Shown piece after piece: positions 52,901 through 63,266 of a stretch of 64,000 bases of DNA; position 1 is the first letter of the stretch, and each line of letters starts with the position of its first letter. Below the pieces are notes generated by a model. It had not been told where the DNA came from. It did not search any database and was given only the letters and a program-made list of their open reading frames with translations. The stretch covers positions 61,690,001-61,754,000 of the forward strand of contig OZ296658.1 in NCBI GenBank assembly GCA_965655095.1. The letters run 5' to 3'. The position numbers were made by a program, and so were the translations under genes. The DNA comes from Haplodiscus bocki. Taxonomy: Eukaryota.

Positions 52901-53230
52901 TTTGATTATCGATAGATGATTTTGATATTATTTCAGAACATAAAAACATCCAAAGCTATACCGATGTAAAAAGAAACTTGGATAGAAAAGAAAACTTTGA
53001 AATGATATTTGGTAATGAATTAATTACAAAACAAGCTTTGAGTTGGAAAAAAAAGATCTGATATAGGAGTTATAATTCCAAGAAAAGAAATTGTGTTACT
53101 TGTACAAAAAATTTGACATGTAAAGATTGCGAAAAAATAATTAACTGAAAAAAATATATTCTTTCAATCTCAACGAATGGAAAAGAAACCTCCTAATCAT
53201 TTTGGTCACATGCTTCAATAGTTTAAACAG
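49945..53230 (+). pseudogene. Protein-primed family B DNA polymerase (pPolB)
   Basis: ExoI YDI(K)T (~50928), ExoII AHNGSGF (~51185), ExoIII DYVENDV (~51490), FVRQKIKRGR, motif A DF(E)ATSL*PSA (~51998-52030), motif B KL*KNSLYG (~52443), MPLSLGAFVL, motif C YYG(H)TDSL (~52742). Many stops and frameshifts; start position approximate. Confidence 0.93.
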
Positions 53231-53279
53231 GGTTTGAATGAGATCTCAGATGAATTTTTTCAAGCTTTTCTGTAGTAAT

Positions 53280-53871
53280 AAAAGAACAGTGTTAAAATTG
53301 AAGCTCTATTAACTGTTGCTAAAGAATATGAGTTTGATAACCCAACATGTTATGATATATTCGGTTTTTTTTCTTGATAGTGTTGTTAAAGACTGTAGAG
53401 ATATTTAATTTCGATCACTTGAATAGGGATGTTTATATGATTTTCGTTTTACATGTTTTTAAGAAAAATATAGAAGTTAATTTAAGAATTACTTTTGAAC
53501 ATATGAGTTATATTTTTCAATTCTATGATTTGAATGAAAAAAATGAAACTGCTCGACAAAATGATTTTATATTTAATCAAATAGATAAAGTAACAATAAA
53601 AATTGATTCAAATTTCTTTCAAACGAACATATGTTAATACTTAATTTTTCCAATACTAATAATGCATAGACAATTCTTTAGATTAGTATCACAAAATCGA
53701 GAAAAGTTAAGAAATTTTCGTAGTGATAACACACCATTCTATGGTGCATGTCAAAAATGGCGTTTAGACAATCAGTCACTCCAAAAAAACTATGAAAAAT
53801 TGTACGTAATTTCAAAATGTAATAAAGAAGGGAAAAAAATGATGAAGATTAATACTAGTATAGAAACCTAA
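53280..53871 (+). pseudogene. Terminal accessory ORF, apparent paralogue of the 28584-29123 gene
   Basis: FNQIDKVTIKIDSNFFQTNIC*YLIFPILIMHRQFFRLVSQN aligns without gaps to FSTIFEMRITFTNTIRDMTYDYYLKQPKLMCEIKSNEMIARN. Confidence 0.45.
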
Positions 53872-54602
53872 ACTTTCAAGTTAGGCCTATTAGTGTATGA
53901 GCTGGCGATTTCAATGAAGTTCAACAACCTCCAACCATAGGGAAAAAACAAAACCAATAGGCATGTGCATTGACATACGTATAATAATCTCAAAACAGCA
54001 GGGACCATCTTTTTAAGAACTGTGCATTTGGTGATTCTCCTCCTATGGCATGTAAGATATAACAAAGAGTGGGAGACGTATGAAGAAGTGAACCCCAAAC
54101 ACTTCGGCCATGCCTTAATTTCGTCCCTGCTATTTCCACTGAGCCACAGCAGATGGAATAAGAAAAGAAAAACTTGTTTAAATATACATGGAATGTTTTG
54201 TCAACAAAGGTAGCATGTACACTTTGTGTAATGTCGACATAGTTGGTAGTAGTGAGTTTTTCAGTCTCGCTTACAATGTAAAAGTGCACGGGCAATCTTT
54301 TTGTTAATTCCATATTTACGTAAATGTGAAATTATACGTTTATGTATGCATCACCAAAAAAAGTATGCTTTACGTAGATAAGTTTTATTATGGGAGGCGT
54401 TAGTCGAGCAACCCACTAGCAGAGCGGCTAAAAAGTGAGGCCCGTAGGGTCGAACAATAATATAGGCGAGAGGCGTTGTGAGCTGTAAACGAAGGAGCCG
54501 GTGAGAGAACAAGTCGAACGAGAGGGCGGGTATATTGTCGGAGATGAGAGTAAAGTGAGCGAAGCGAGGTTTAGTCTCATATCCTCAACATACTATATTA
54601 TT
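53871..54602 (-). repeat. Right terminal inverted repeat (~732 bp)
   Basis: aactttcaagttaggcc...cgaggtttagtctcatatcctcaacatactatattatt is the reverse complement of the left TIR. Confidence 0.92.
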
Positions 54603-57600
54603 TGCAGTGTATATGTACAAGCAAACCTATTGACTAGGAGCATTTCATTTGAGAAGAATTAAAGTTAACAACAATTAGAGAACTTTGATCAAAATTCAAG
54701 AACGTTTGGCAAAAAACTACCAGTAGGGATGACAAATGTCAGTTATACGTGTTCGAACAATCTTTTCGAAGCATTTTGACTTTTTTTGAAAAAATGGTTT
54801 TCAGTAAGTTTCTTCGGACATGAGAGAATCTTTGGACCTTTCATGAAAAGTTTTCGCCAAGTTCGGTTAAAATACAATTTATATGTCCAGAGGAATTTTC
54901 CGGACAACACTTTCTCGAAGAAATTTTTTTTCGGCTTTGAGTGAATATTTTGTGGACTTCGGAAAAAAATTTGCAGCACCTTCCTCACCTATGCATTTCA
55001 CATGCCCAGAGGAATATTCTGAAGAAAACTTTTCTGAAAGGAAAAAAACTAGAATTTTTTGATGTTTTTGTCGAAGCTGAGTGAAAAGTTTCGGAATTCT
55101 GACGAAAAAGGTTCAACATGTGGTCAATTTGCATCCATCGTGTCCAGACTAAAATCTTGAAGAAAAACTCAAAACCTGAATTTCCATCAAGGTTTTCCCA
55201 TATCGAGCATAAGCGTTTCCGACTAGTGGCAGAAATATTCGGCAGAGTCATTAAAATTGCCTTTTACGAGTTCAGAGAAACTTATGACGATGAAAAACTA
55301 TTTGGAAAAAGTTTAATTTCACACACGTTTTTGGACATTGAACAAATAGTTTATGGATTTCGGGGGAAATTTTTCGGCCAAGTTTACAAAAATCAAATCT
55401 ACGTGACGACAGGATTGTTTTGAAAAAGTTTTTCCTTGAAGCAAACAGATGTTCATTTTACAGTTTTTTTCGGGACTACGCCAAAAACGTTCGAAACATT
55501 GAAGCAAAAGTTTTCGGTTGCGGCAGCGTTGTCATGTCTGCGCTCTGAAAGTCCAGACGATGTTTTGAAGAAGAATTTTCTTTGGGAAAACTCCTAACTC
55601 CATTCTAAATTGCTGACGTCAATAAAATTAATTACAGACATCTTGTGAAAATTTATTGGGAGGGTTAACAAAACTGAATTCTACATGGCCAAAGAATGCA
55701 TTTTGGGGAGATTTTTATTAAGAGAAAAAACAAAATTTCGAAACCATGTCAGACTTCTTCGAGAATTGTTCGTTCATTGGGCGAGAAAACGCCGGAAAGT
55801 TTGAGAAAACAGGAAAGTTTGGAAAGTTCTACTTGTCCAGGGCAACACATTGTTGAGAAAACTTTCGCTTGGAAAAAAACTATATTTTTTCCGCTAAATT
55901 CAGACTTTTAGCGAAAATCTTACTGATATTTGGTACAAAGTAATCGGCAGAGTTGTCAAAAGTGTACCATAAATTCCCTGTTAAATGTTTTTCGTGAGAA
56001 AATTTTTTTGACAAAATGCCTAAAGTTCATTTTATATTTTGGATTTATAGCAAAAAACCTCCCACTTATGGCGAAAAAACTTGTCAGGGTTGTCAAAACT
56101 GCTATTTAAGAGTCCAGACGAAGGTTCGAGAAAAATGTCTTTTTTTGGGAAAAGACATACATTAGTACGTGTTCTTGGACTTTGAATAAAATTCATGGAT
56201 ATTTGGCTAAAAACTATGGCAGCGATGGCAAATGTCATTTCTACGTGTTCAGACGATCAATTTGAAGAATTTTGACTTTTTTTGAAAAAATAAATAGGAA
56301 TACTTGAATTTTTCGATATTTCTTTCAAATTTGAGTCGAAACCTTTCGGAATTTTGACAGAAAACTTTCAACATGTGGTCAAATCTGCATCCTACGTGTC
56401 CGGAAGAAAATCTTGAAGGAAAAACATTTGACTTTACGTTTTCATGAAGGATTTCCTAATTCGAGCAAAAAAGTTTCCTACTATTGGCAAAAAAATTCGG
56501 CAGAGTGGTCAATGTTGCAATTTACGAGTCCAGAAGATTATTCGGGAAGGAAAAGTAGTTGGAAAACTTTAATTTCATACACGTCTTCGGAGAAGGAACG
56601 AAAGTTTCAAGGATTTTCCTAGGAAAACTTATTGCCCGGGTTGACAAAACTCAATTTTACCTGCCCAGAGGATTGTAATAAAGAAAAAGATCTTTTTTGA
56701 AAGAAACAGGTGTTTTTTTTCAAAAATTTTTAGGGAGTAACTCAAAAACATTCGCAATTTTGACGAAAAAAGTTTTGACAGCGTTGCCAATACTGCCCTC
56801 TATGAGTCCATACGACATTTTGAAGAAGAAATTTTTTCTTGCAAACTTTCAATTTCAGTTTAATTCTTGGACTCTGATGAAAAACAATCAAAGACACACG
56901 GAAAAATTTGATTGGCAGCGTTTTCAAAAGTGACTTCTACGAGTCCAGAGAATCAATTTTAGGAAATTTTTTTTTCGAAAAGAAAATTTCATAATCCATT
57001 TCAAACTTCGAACGAAAAAAGTTTGTACTTTTGGCTTTTGGTGGCAAAATTTCGGCAGGTTTGTTGGAAATTCATTGTACCTGTCCATTGCAATATCTTG
57101 CTTGAAAACAGTTCTTTTCCGGAAATTATAATTTTTCAAATACTTTCAGACTTCCAGCGAAAAACTTTCCAATTTTTGGCGCATAAATTTCGGCAGGTTG
57201 AAAACAGTGTTCTAAAAGTTCCCTGACGAAAGTTTTTAGGAAAAAAACAATTTTCGAAAAAAAAAATAACTTTATAAATGAGTTCACACCTAGAGTGATA
57301 AAGTCTCCCACTTATAGCAAAAACTAAATCGGCAGGGCTATGAAAACTGCTTTTTACGAGTCCCCACGAAATTTTGAGTAAGAAGTGTTTTGAAAGAATT
57401 ATAGTTTAATACGAAGCTTGGACGTTGATCAGATTCATAGACTTCTCGCGAAAACTTATCGGCAGAATTGACAAAAGTCATTTCTGCTCGTTCAGACAAT
57501 CATTTTGAAGAACTTTGATTTTTTTGAAAAAAAAATGTTTTCAATAAATTTCTTCGGAAAAGAGTGAAAAAAGCACGGACCCTTGACAAAATTTCTTCAT

Positions 57601-60451
57601 CAAGCTCGTGTAAACTGCAATCTGTGTGCCCAGAGGAAGGTTTCGGTGAAAAGTTTTCTGGAAAGAAAATTCGACTTTTTTTCGGTTTGGACCGAAACTT
57701 TTTTGGACTTCCGGAAAACAACTTCAAGCAAAACTGCATTCCACGTGTCCAGAGGAACTTTCTGAAGAAAACCTTATACAAAAGGAAAAAAACTTTTATC
57801 TTTTTGCTATTTTCTTCGAATTTGAATCATAATTGTTTCCGAATTTTGGGTAAAAAGTTTCAGCAGGTGGTCAAACTTGCATCTCACGTGTCCAGATGAA
57901 AATCTTGAAGATTTTTTTTTCTAAATTTATGTTCCCACAAAATATTTCCAACTTCGAACCAAAAAGTTCCCGACTTGTAGCAAGAAATTCTGGCAGAATT
58001 GTCAAAATTGCATTTTACGAGTCCAGAGGAACTTTTGGTCAAGAAAATTTTTTCGGAAAAAAATTAATTTCGTACACGTTTCCGGACATTGAACAAATAT
58101 TTCATGAATTTCAGTGAAAAAATATAAACCGGGCTCACAAGACTCAGTTTTAATAGCCCAGAGGAAAGTATTGACGAGAAAAGTCTTTTTTGAAGGAAAC
58201 AATTTTTTAATTTTGAGTTTTTTGGAAACTAATTGGAAACTTTTCAGAATTTTGACGAAAAAGTTTTCTGACTTCTGCTAAAAACAATCAGAGGTTCTTG
58301 GCAAAAATTATCGGCTAGATTGAGGGAACTGAAACCTACGGGCCAAAGAATCGATTTCCGGGAAAGTTTTATTTGAAAAAATAAAACTTCATAATCCATT
58401 TCAGACTTCCAACAAAAATTTTGGCTCTTTCGGCGAGAAAACTTCTCAAGGTTTGTGAAAATAGCACTGTACAAGTCCAGGGCAACATTATGCATTAATA
58501 GAATTTAGTTTAAAAAAACCTTATGTTTTCCATTCAATTTCAGACTTTGAGCGAAAAACTTTCGGTTGTTTGGCCCAAAAAAATCTCGGCAGGATTGTCA
58601 AAAGTGTACAATATGTTATTGAACGTTTTTATGAAAAAGAAGATTTTTGAAAAAAAGTTTCCAATTCCTATTTAATTTCGGACCGAGAGCGAAAAAACCT
58701 CGCACTTATGGTGGAATAATTCGGGGCAGGGTTATCAAAACTGCTTTTTATGAGTCCAGACAAGTTTTTGAGGAAGAGATTTTTTGGAGAAGTTTTACTT
58801 TCAGACGTATTCTTGGACATTGAACAAAATTAATGGACGTTTGGCAAAAATTTGTCGGCAGAAGTGACAAAAGTCATTTCTACGAGTTCAGATGATCATT
58901 TTGAAAGATTTTGTTTTTTTTTGAAACTAAGTAAAGTTTTGAATAAGTTTGTTTAAACTTGAGCAAAAAGAAAATGGTTCTTTGACGAAACTTTTCCATC
59001 AAGGTCGTTTATAATGCAATTTTCGTGTCCAGAAAAAGAATTTGGGGAAAAATTTTTGGAAAGAAAATAAAAAATGCTTTCGGATTTGAGCAAAATTCTC
59101 TTGGACATCCGGAAGAAAACTTCCCGCAACTTCGTCAGACCTGCATTCCACGTGTACAAAGAAACATTTTCGAAAAAAATTTTTTTTGGAAAAAATTGCT
59201 TTCGGCAGGATTGTTAAAGCTGCATTTTACGAGTCCAAATGAATTTTTGAGGTGAAGTTTTTTGGAAAAAGTACTAATTTCAGTCTTGTTCTCTGACTTT
59301 GATGGAAAACAATCCTGCTTTAGGCAAAAAATTGTCGGGAATGTTGACAAAACTGAATTCTACGTGTCCAGAGAATCAATCTCAGGAAAAGGTTGTTTCA
59401 GAAAAATATTCGACTTCATAATCAATTTCAGACTTCCAACGAAGAAACGTTGTACTCTTCGGGCTTTTGGCGACAAAAATTATTTATGAAAAATTATTTG
59501 GAAAACTTTTAATTTCGTACACGTCTCTAGACATTGAACAAAGTGTTTATGGATTTCGGGGTAAATTTTTCCGCCGGGTTTACAAAAATCAATCCTAGGT
59601 GACGACAGGATTGTATTGAGGAAAAAGTTTTTTCTTGAAGCAAACAAGTGTTCAACTTAGACTTATTTTTGAGACTACGCCAAAAACGTTCGAAATTTTG
59701 ACGAAAAAACTTTTGGTTTTGGCAGCGTTGTCTTTCCTGCGCTCTGAAAGTCCAGAGGAAGCTCTGAAGAAAAATTTTTTGGGAAAACTCTTAAATCCAT
59801 TCTAAATTGACTTTAATAAAGTTAATCACAGACATGTGGTGAAAATTTATTGGCAGGGTTAACAAAACTGAATTCTGTGAGGCCAAAAGTCAAATATGGA
59901 GACTCTTTTTTAAAAAGAAAAAACAACACTTCATAATCCATTTCAGACTTCCTAGAGAGTTGTTCGTCCTTTCGACGACAAACTTCCGAAAGTTTGTCAA
60001 AACTGCATTGTACATGTTCAGGGCAACATTTTGCTCAAAAAACTTTCATTCGAAAAAAAATATATAGGTTTTTAATTGATTTCAGACTTTGTGCCACAAA
60101 ATTTTGGGTGTTTGGTGCAAAAAAATTTCAGCCTGTTTGTCAAAGGTGTAATATTTGTTCTCTGACGAACGTTTTTAAGGAGAACAAGTTTTTTGAACAA
60201 AAAAGTTAATTCCATAGTTAACTTAGGAGTTCTCTCGAAAAAGCTTCTCACTTGTGGCGAAAAAGTTGTCAAAGTTCTATTTCACGAATCCAAACAAATT
60301 TTTCAGAAAAAATTTTTTTCGGAAATCTTCGGTAGCGTCGTCATATTTGCATCCTACGTGTCCAGATGAACATCTTGAGGAATTTTTTTTGAGAAACTTA
60401 AAAGTTCCTAATTAGTTTCGGATTTCGGGCGAGAAAGTTTCTAAGCTGAGG
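54603..60451 (+). repeat. Older, diverged part of the same ~134-bp satellite (apparent 11-monomer HOR)
   Basis: The same monomer motif recurs every ~130-140 bp (56916, 57054, 57192, 57331, 57461, 57599, 57720, 57861, 57992, 58128) with far more substitutions and deletions. Confidence 0.92.
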
Positions 60452-60851
60452 TGTCAAAGCAGGCTTCTTGGCCAGAGTTTCGAATCATCTGGCTGCCGAA
60501 ACTGCCTGCTTCAGGATGAGGATCACTCTGGGGGTCGTCCTCATTCGTTCCCTGGTTTGTATTAAATGTGTTCCCGGACGTCTCCGGAGTATTTCCGGAG
60601 TGGCCCTGGAGTAGTGGATTCATGAGGAAGCCATCTAATCTTGCCAATGCCCCTAGTATACGGTTTTCCGTTCTGCTAAATTCCTGGGACAACTTTTTGG
60701 TAACTCTTCCCTCAATTTCCTCGGAAACTTGAGTTACAAAGTCTTCCTGTGATCTGGGAGCAGCTGAGTTTTGGGTTAAGTTACTCCTAGGGTGCTCCTC
60801 ACAGTTGTCTTTATTCAAAGCTGCTAGCTTTCTTTTGTTGCGCGTTGCCAT
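60441..60851 (-). CDS. LTR-encoded ORF, probable N-terminus of the element's Gag/ORF1, here terminating in flanking satellite
   Basis: 136-aa ATG-initiated ORF MATRNKRKLAALNK...VSEEIEGRVTKKLSQEFSRTENRILGALARLD (basic N-terminus, coiled coil). It stays open to the last LTR base and stops 11 bp outside. Confidence 0.55.
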   Translation of the reverse strand: MATRNKRKLAALNKDNCEEHPRSNLTQNSAAPRSQEDFVTQVSEEIEGRVTKKLSQEFSRTENRILGALARLDGFLMNPLLQGHSGNTPETSGNTFNTNQGTNEDDPQSDPHPEAGSFGSQMIRNSGQEACFDTSA

Positions 60852-62233
60852 TCTACGGGAAAAGTGATTTGACGATTAATAATTGATTGTAGTTTTATTG
60901 TATAGTCAACTTGGGAGTTTACAGTATTAATATTTGAAGAATTAATGATGAATGAAATGAAAAAATGAAGATTGGTTGAGTATCGTCAGTACTATCAATC
61001 AAAAATAATTGTCCGCTCGTTTTAGAGAAGATTCAATGTGATTCTCAAGAGTTTCGAAGAAGTTCTGAAATGCTCTTAACAGTTCTCTAGAAAATGTTGA
61101 CAAGTTCTCCAAACAGTTCTGACGTTGTACTTTCGTTTCTCCTATTTATACATTTTCCTGGCGGGAAACATAATTGTTTACCCGCCAAGTCAAAGTACAA
61201 ATAGGGAAAAATACTTCAGATATCAGCACATCAAAGTTAGAAATGCCGACTCTGGCGGGAAATAAACAACTTTTCCATCCATCTCTTCCCTCATAAGACG
61301 CGTTTTCTCCATCTTTCGACAGAAAATGGACGATCCTAATCCGTCAGAGATGGACATCAAAGTGTTTATTCCCGCGCCGACACCTTTGTTTACAGTTATA
61401 CAAAAATATTCCATAAATGGGAAAGGAAAAATGTTTTTCTTAATTACAAAAAATGGATTAAAAAACAAATACGGAAATGCATGACTTTAAATAATATAAA
61501 TAATCATCACCCTTACTTCACCTCATCAAGAACAACAGCTCATTAGTTCTTACTCTTTGGAAATGAGGAGAAACTAGTAGCATTACTAGTTTACTCCTCA
61601 TTCATAGGAGTAGCACTAGTGTATTCCGGAACGATTCCGGAACCATTCCGTATTCACTAGTAGTGGTCGTGTTCTTTGCTCAAATGAGGAGTGATTCCGG
61701 AATCATTCCGGAATCACTACAGCGCGGCAGAGTAATATTAGTAGTGACGTCACCAGACTAGTAGCGACGGAACACGTACGGAACAAATATTCACTCCTAG
61801 AGTCAATACACTTGAAATCAGTCAATCTACGTACAGCATCAATTTAATTCTAATTTAAAATTAAACTGCACTTTTAGTAGTCAATCATTGTTCAATTTCA
61901 TTGCGAAAAAGGTGGATTTATATTCAATACCTAAATAAATATATTACTATAAATATAGCACCTATTCTATTAATACTGCTCTGTGAATACTCGTTTGTTC
62001 CGTATTGTTTCCGTCCTAGTCCGGATCAGTTAGGTTCCGTATAAATACGTACCCATATTTATGTGCGTTGTTAAGGATACGTATGTATACGTATCCGTAT
62101 ATATGCACAACAGTTGAAATACATATTAAAGTCATAATCAAGAGTTTAATAAATGTTTTGAGTTGGTCTCAAGCATTGGATGGCTTTCCTTTGGGTAAGG
62201 GTTGGCCGCATGCCTCGCAGGTGTGCTGCGACA
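60452..62233 (-). repeat. 3' long terminal repeat (1782 bp)
   Basis: Termini 5'-TGTCGCAGCA and TGCTTTGACA-3' form an 8/10 inverted repeat with canonical TG...CA. Contains TATAAATA (61143-61150) and AATAAA (60894-60899) on the minus strand. Confidence 0.82.
61143..61378 (-). promoter_or_regulatory. Candidate LTR promoter: TATA box with upstream E2F-like TTTCCCGCC motifs
   Basis: TATAAATA (minus, 61143-61150); dyad tggcgggaaaca-taat-tgtttacccgcca (61159-61187); tggcgggaaa (61253-61262); ttcccgcg (61369-61376). Confidence 0.45.
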
Positions 62234-62244
62234 CTCCCCCTTTT
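62234..62244 (-). other. Polypurine tract (plus-strand priming site)
   Basis: Minus-strand AAAAGGGGGAG directly abutting the LTR's TG. Confidence 0.82.
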
Positions 62245-62863
62245 AAGGAAAAGACATCCCCATGCTTAATTTCCTTTTTTGTCTTCGTGGAGGCGGCGGA
62301 ATGGAGGAAGGGCTCGAGGCGACAGACACATTTCTTGGCTCGTTAGAGTCGAAGGTGTTGCTTGAGTAGATGTCCCAGTAGACTCTTCTGGGTTCATTTT
62401 CGGATGAATAAAAAGTATTGTCATCAGTCGTGGTGTGAGGGGTTTCGTAACCTTCAGCTGTGCTTATATTCATAGGGGGCGACGAAATCGAAGATGAGAT
62501 AGACGGCTCCGGTGACTGGGGGCTGTCTCGTTCATCCACTTGGATTACTGCCATCGTTGCCATCACGTTGAAAGTGTTAGGTGGAAGATTCAGGTCGTTG
62601 AGACTTGGGGGCACGATCGGGTACTGGTTGCCGAAGCCATAGGGCATAGTTGGGTCATTCGGGTCCGAATCCAACGTAACAACTCGAGGTTCCGGAGAGG
62701 CAACAGAAGAGATGGTGATCGCCTCTCTCTCCATTACTTCGGACATTGTCGTGGAATCAAGAATAACAAGAATACTATGTCTTATCGGGCTTCCTTCCGC
62801 TGAGGATTGCTCCACGTAGAAAACATCGGAGTCTGTTGAAGAGAAACTCAAAGATATATTCAT
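62243..62863 (-). CDS. Ser/Pro-rich 206-aa accessory ORF in the 3' internal region of the LTR element
   Basis: Longest ORF in the window; protein-like low-complexity composition with an NLS-like PPPRRQKRK. The stop overlaps the PPT edge. Confidence 0.5.
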   Translation of the reverse strand: MNISLSFSSTDSDVFYVEQSSAEGSPIRHSILVILDSTTMSEVMEREAITISSVASPEPRVVTLDSDPNDPTMPYGFGNQYPIVPPSLNDLNLPPNTFNVMATMAVIQVDERDSPQSPEPSISSSISSPPMNISTAEGYETPHTTTDDNTFYSSENEPRRVYWDIYSSNTFDSNEPRNVSVASSPSSIPPPPRRQKRKLSMGMSFP

Positions 62864-63143
62864 CGCACTAGTGTTTGGAGAGCTTTGAAAATGAAGAAGC
62901 GTAAGATATTATGTGAGCTGCTGATTTCAGTGAAGCGACTTTAAAAAGTGATGATTTAAATAAGAAATCAGTCAGCATGCGTCGTCAAGCGGGAGATACT
63001 TTGAAGTTCCCGCGGTATCACTCTAACTGCTGAAGTCGAGTATTTGGCGTGTAACAGAAAGTAATAACTTGTAAGCAAATCAAAGAATGAGTTTTGAGAA
63101 TAAGAAAAATTTGAGTTTGATTCCCCAATGTATCCTTGAAAAT

Positions 63144-63173
63144 ATGATGATGATAATGATGATGATAATGATG
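63144..63173. repeat. Imperfect (ATG)n microsatellite
   Basis: atgatgatgataatgatgatgataatgatg. Confidence 0.8.
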
Positions 63174-63266
63174 ACGTCATTGCTGGCAGACAAATCGGTC
63201 ATAATAAGAATTAAAATAATAATGAATTTCATGAATGAAATTATAAATCCACCATGTAATAGCTTA

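Larger units (their letters stand above)
27631..54602 (+). mobile_element. Degenerate endogenous Polinton/Maverick (adintovirus-like) element with internal 10.3-kb duplication
   Basis: Long TIRs plus remnants of pPolB, rve integrase, A32-like ATPase, cysteine protease and two capsid proteins, the diagnostic Polinton/Maverick gene set. Recognisable core genes carry stops and frameshifts. Confidence 0.93.

Noticed and set aside
28584-53871. Alternative genetic code or programmed recoding explaining the many in-frame stops
   Set aside because: All three stop codons occur in place of different residues, alongside many frameshifts and missense changes in catalytic motifs. This is neutral decay.
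27631-54602. Bacteriophage/prophage or giant-virus fragment
   Set aside because: The combination of pPolB, rve integrase, adenain-like protease, A32-like ATPase, TIRs and ~17-kb unit size fits Polintons. No phage or NCLDV core genes were recognised.
27627-54606. TGCA on both sides of the element as a 4-bp target-site duplication
   Set aside because: TGCA is palindromic, so the apparent direct repeat follows automatically from the mirrored flanks. Polinton TSDs are typically 6 bp.
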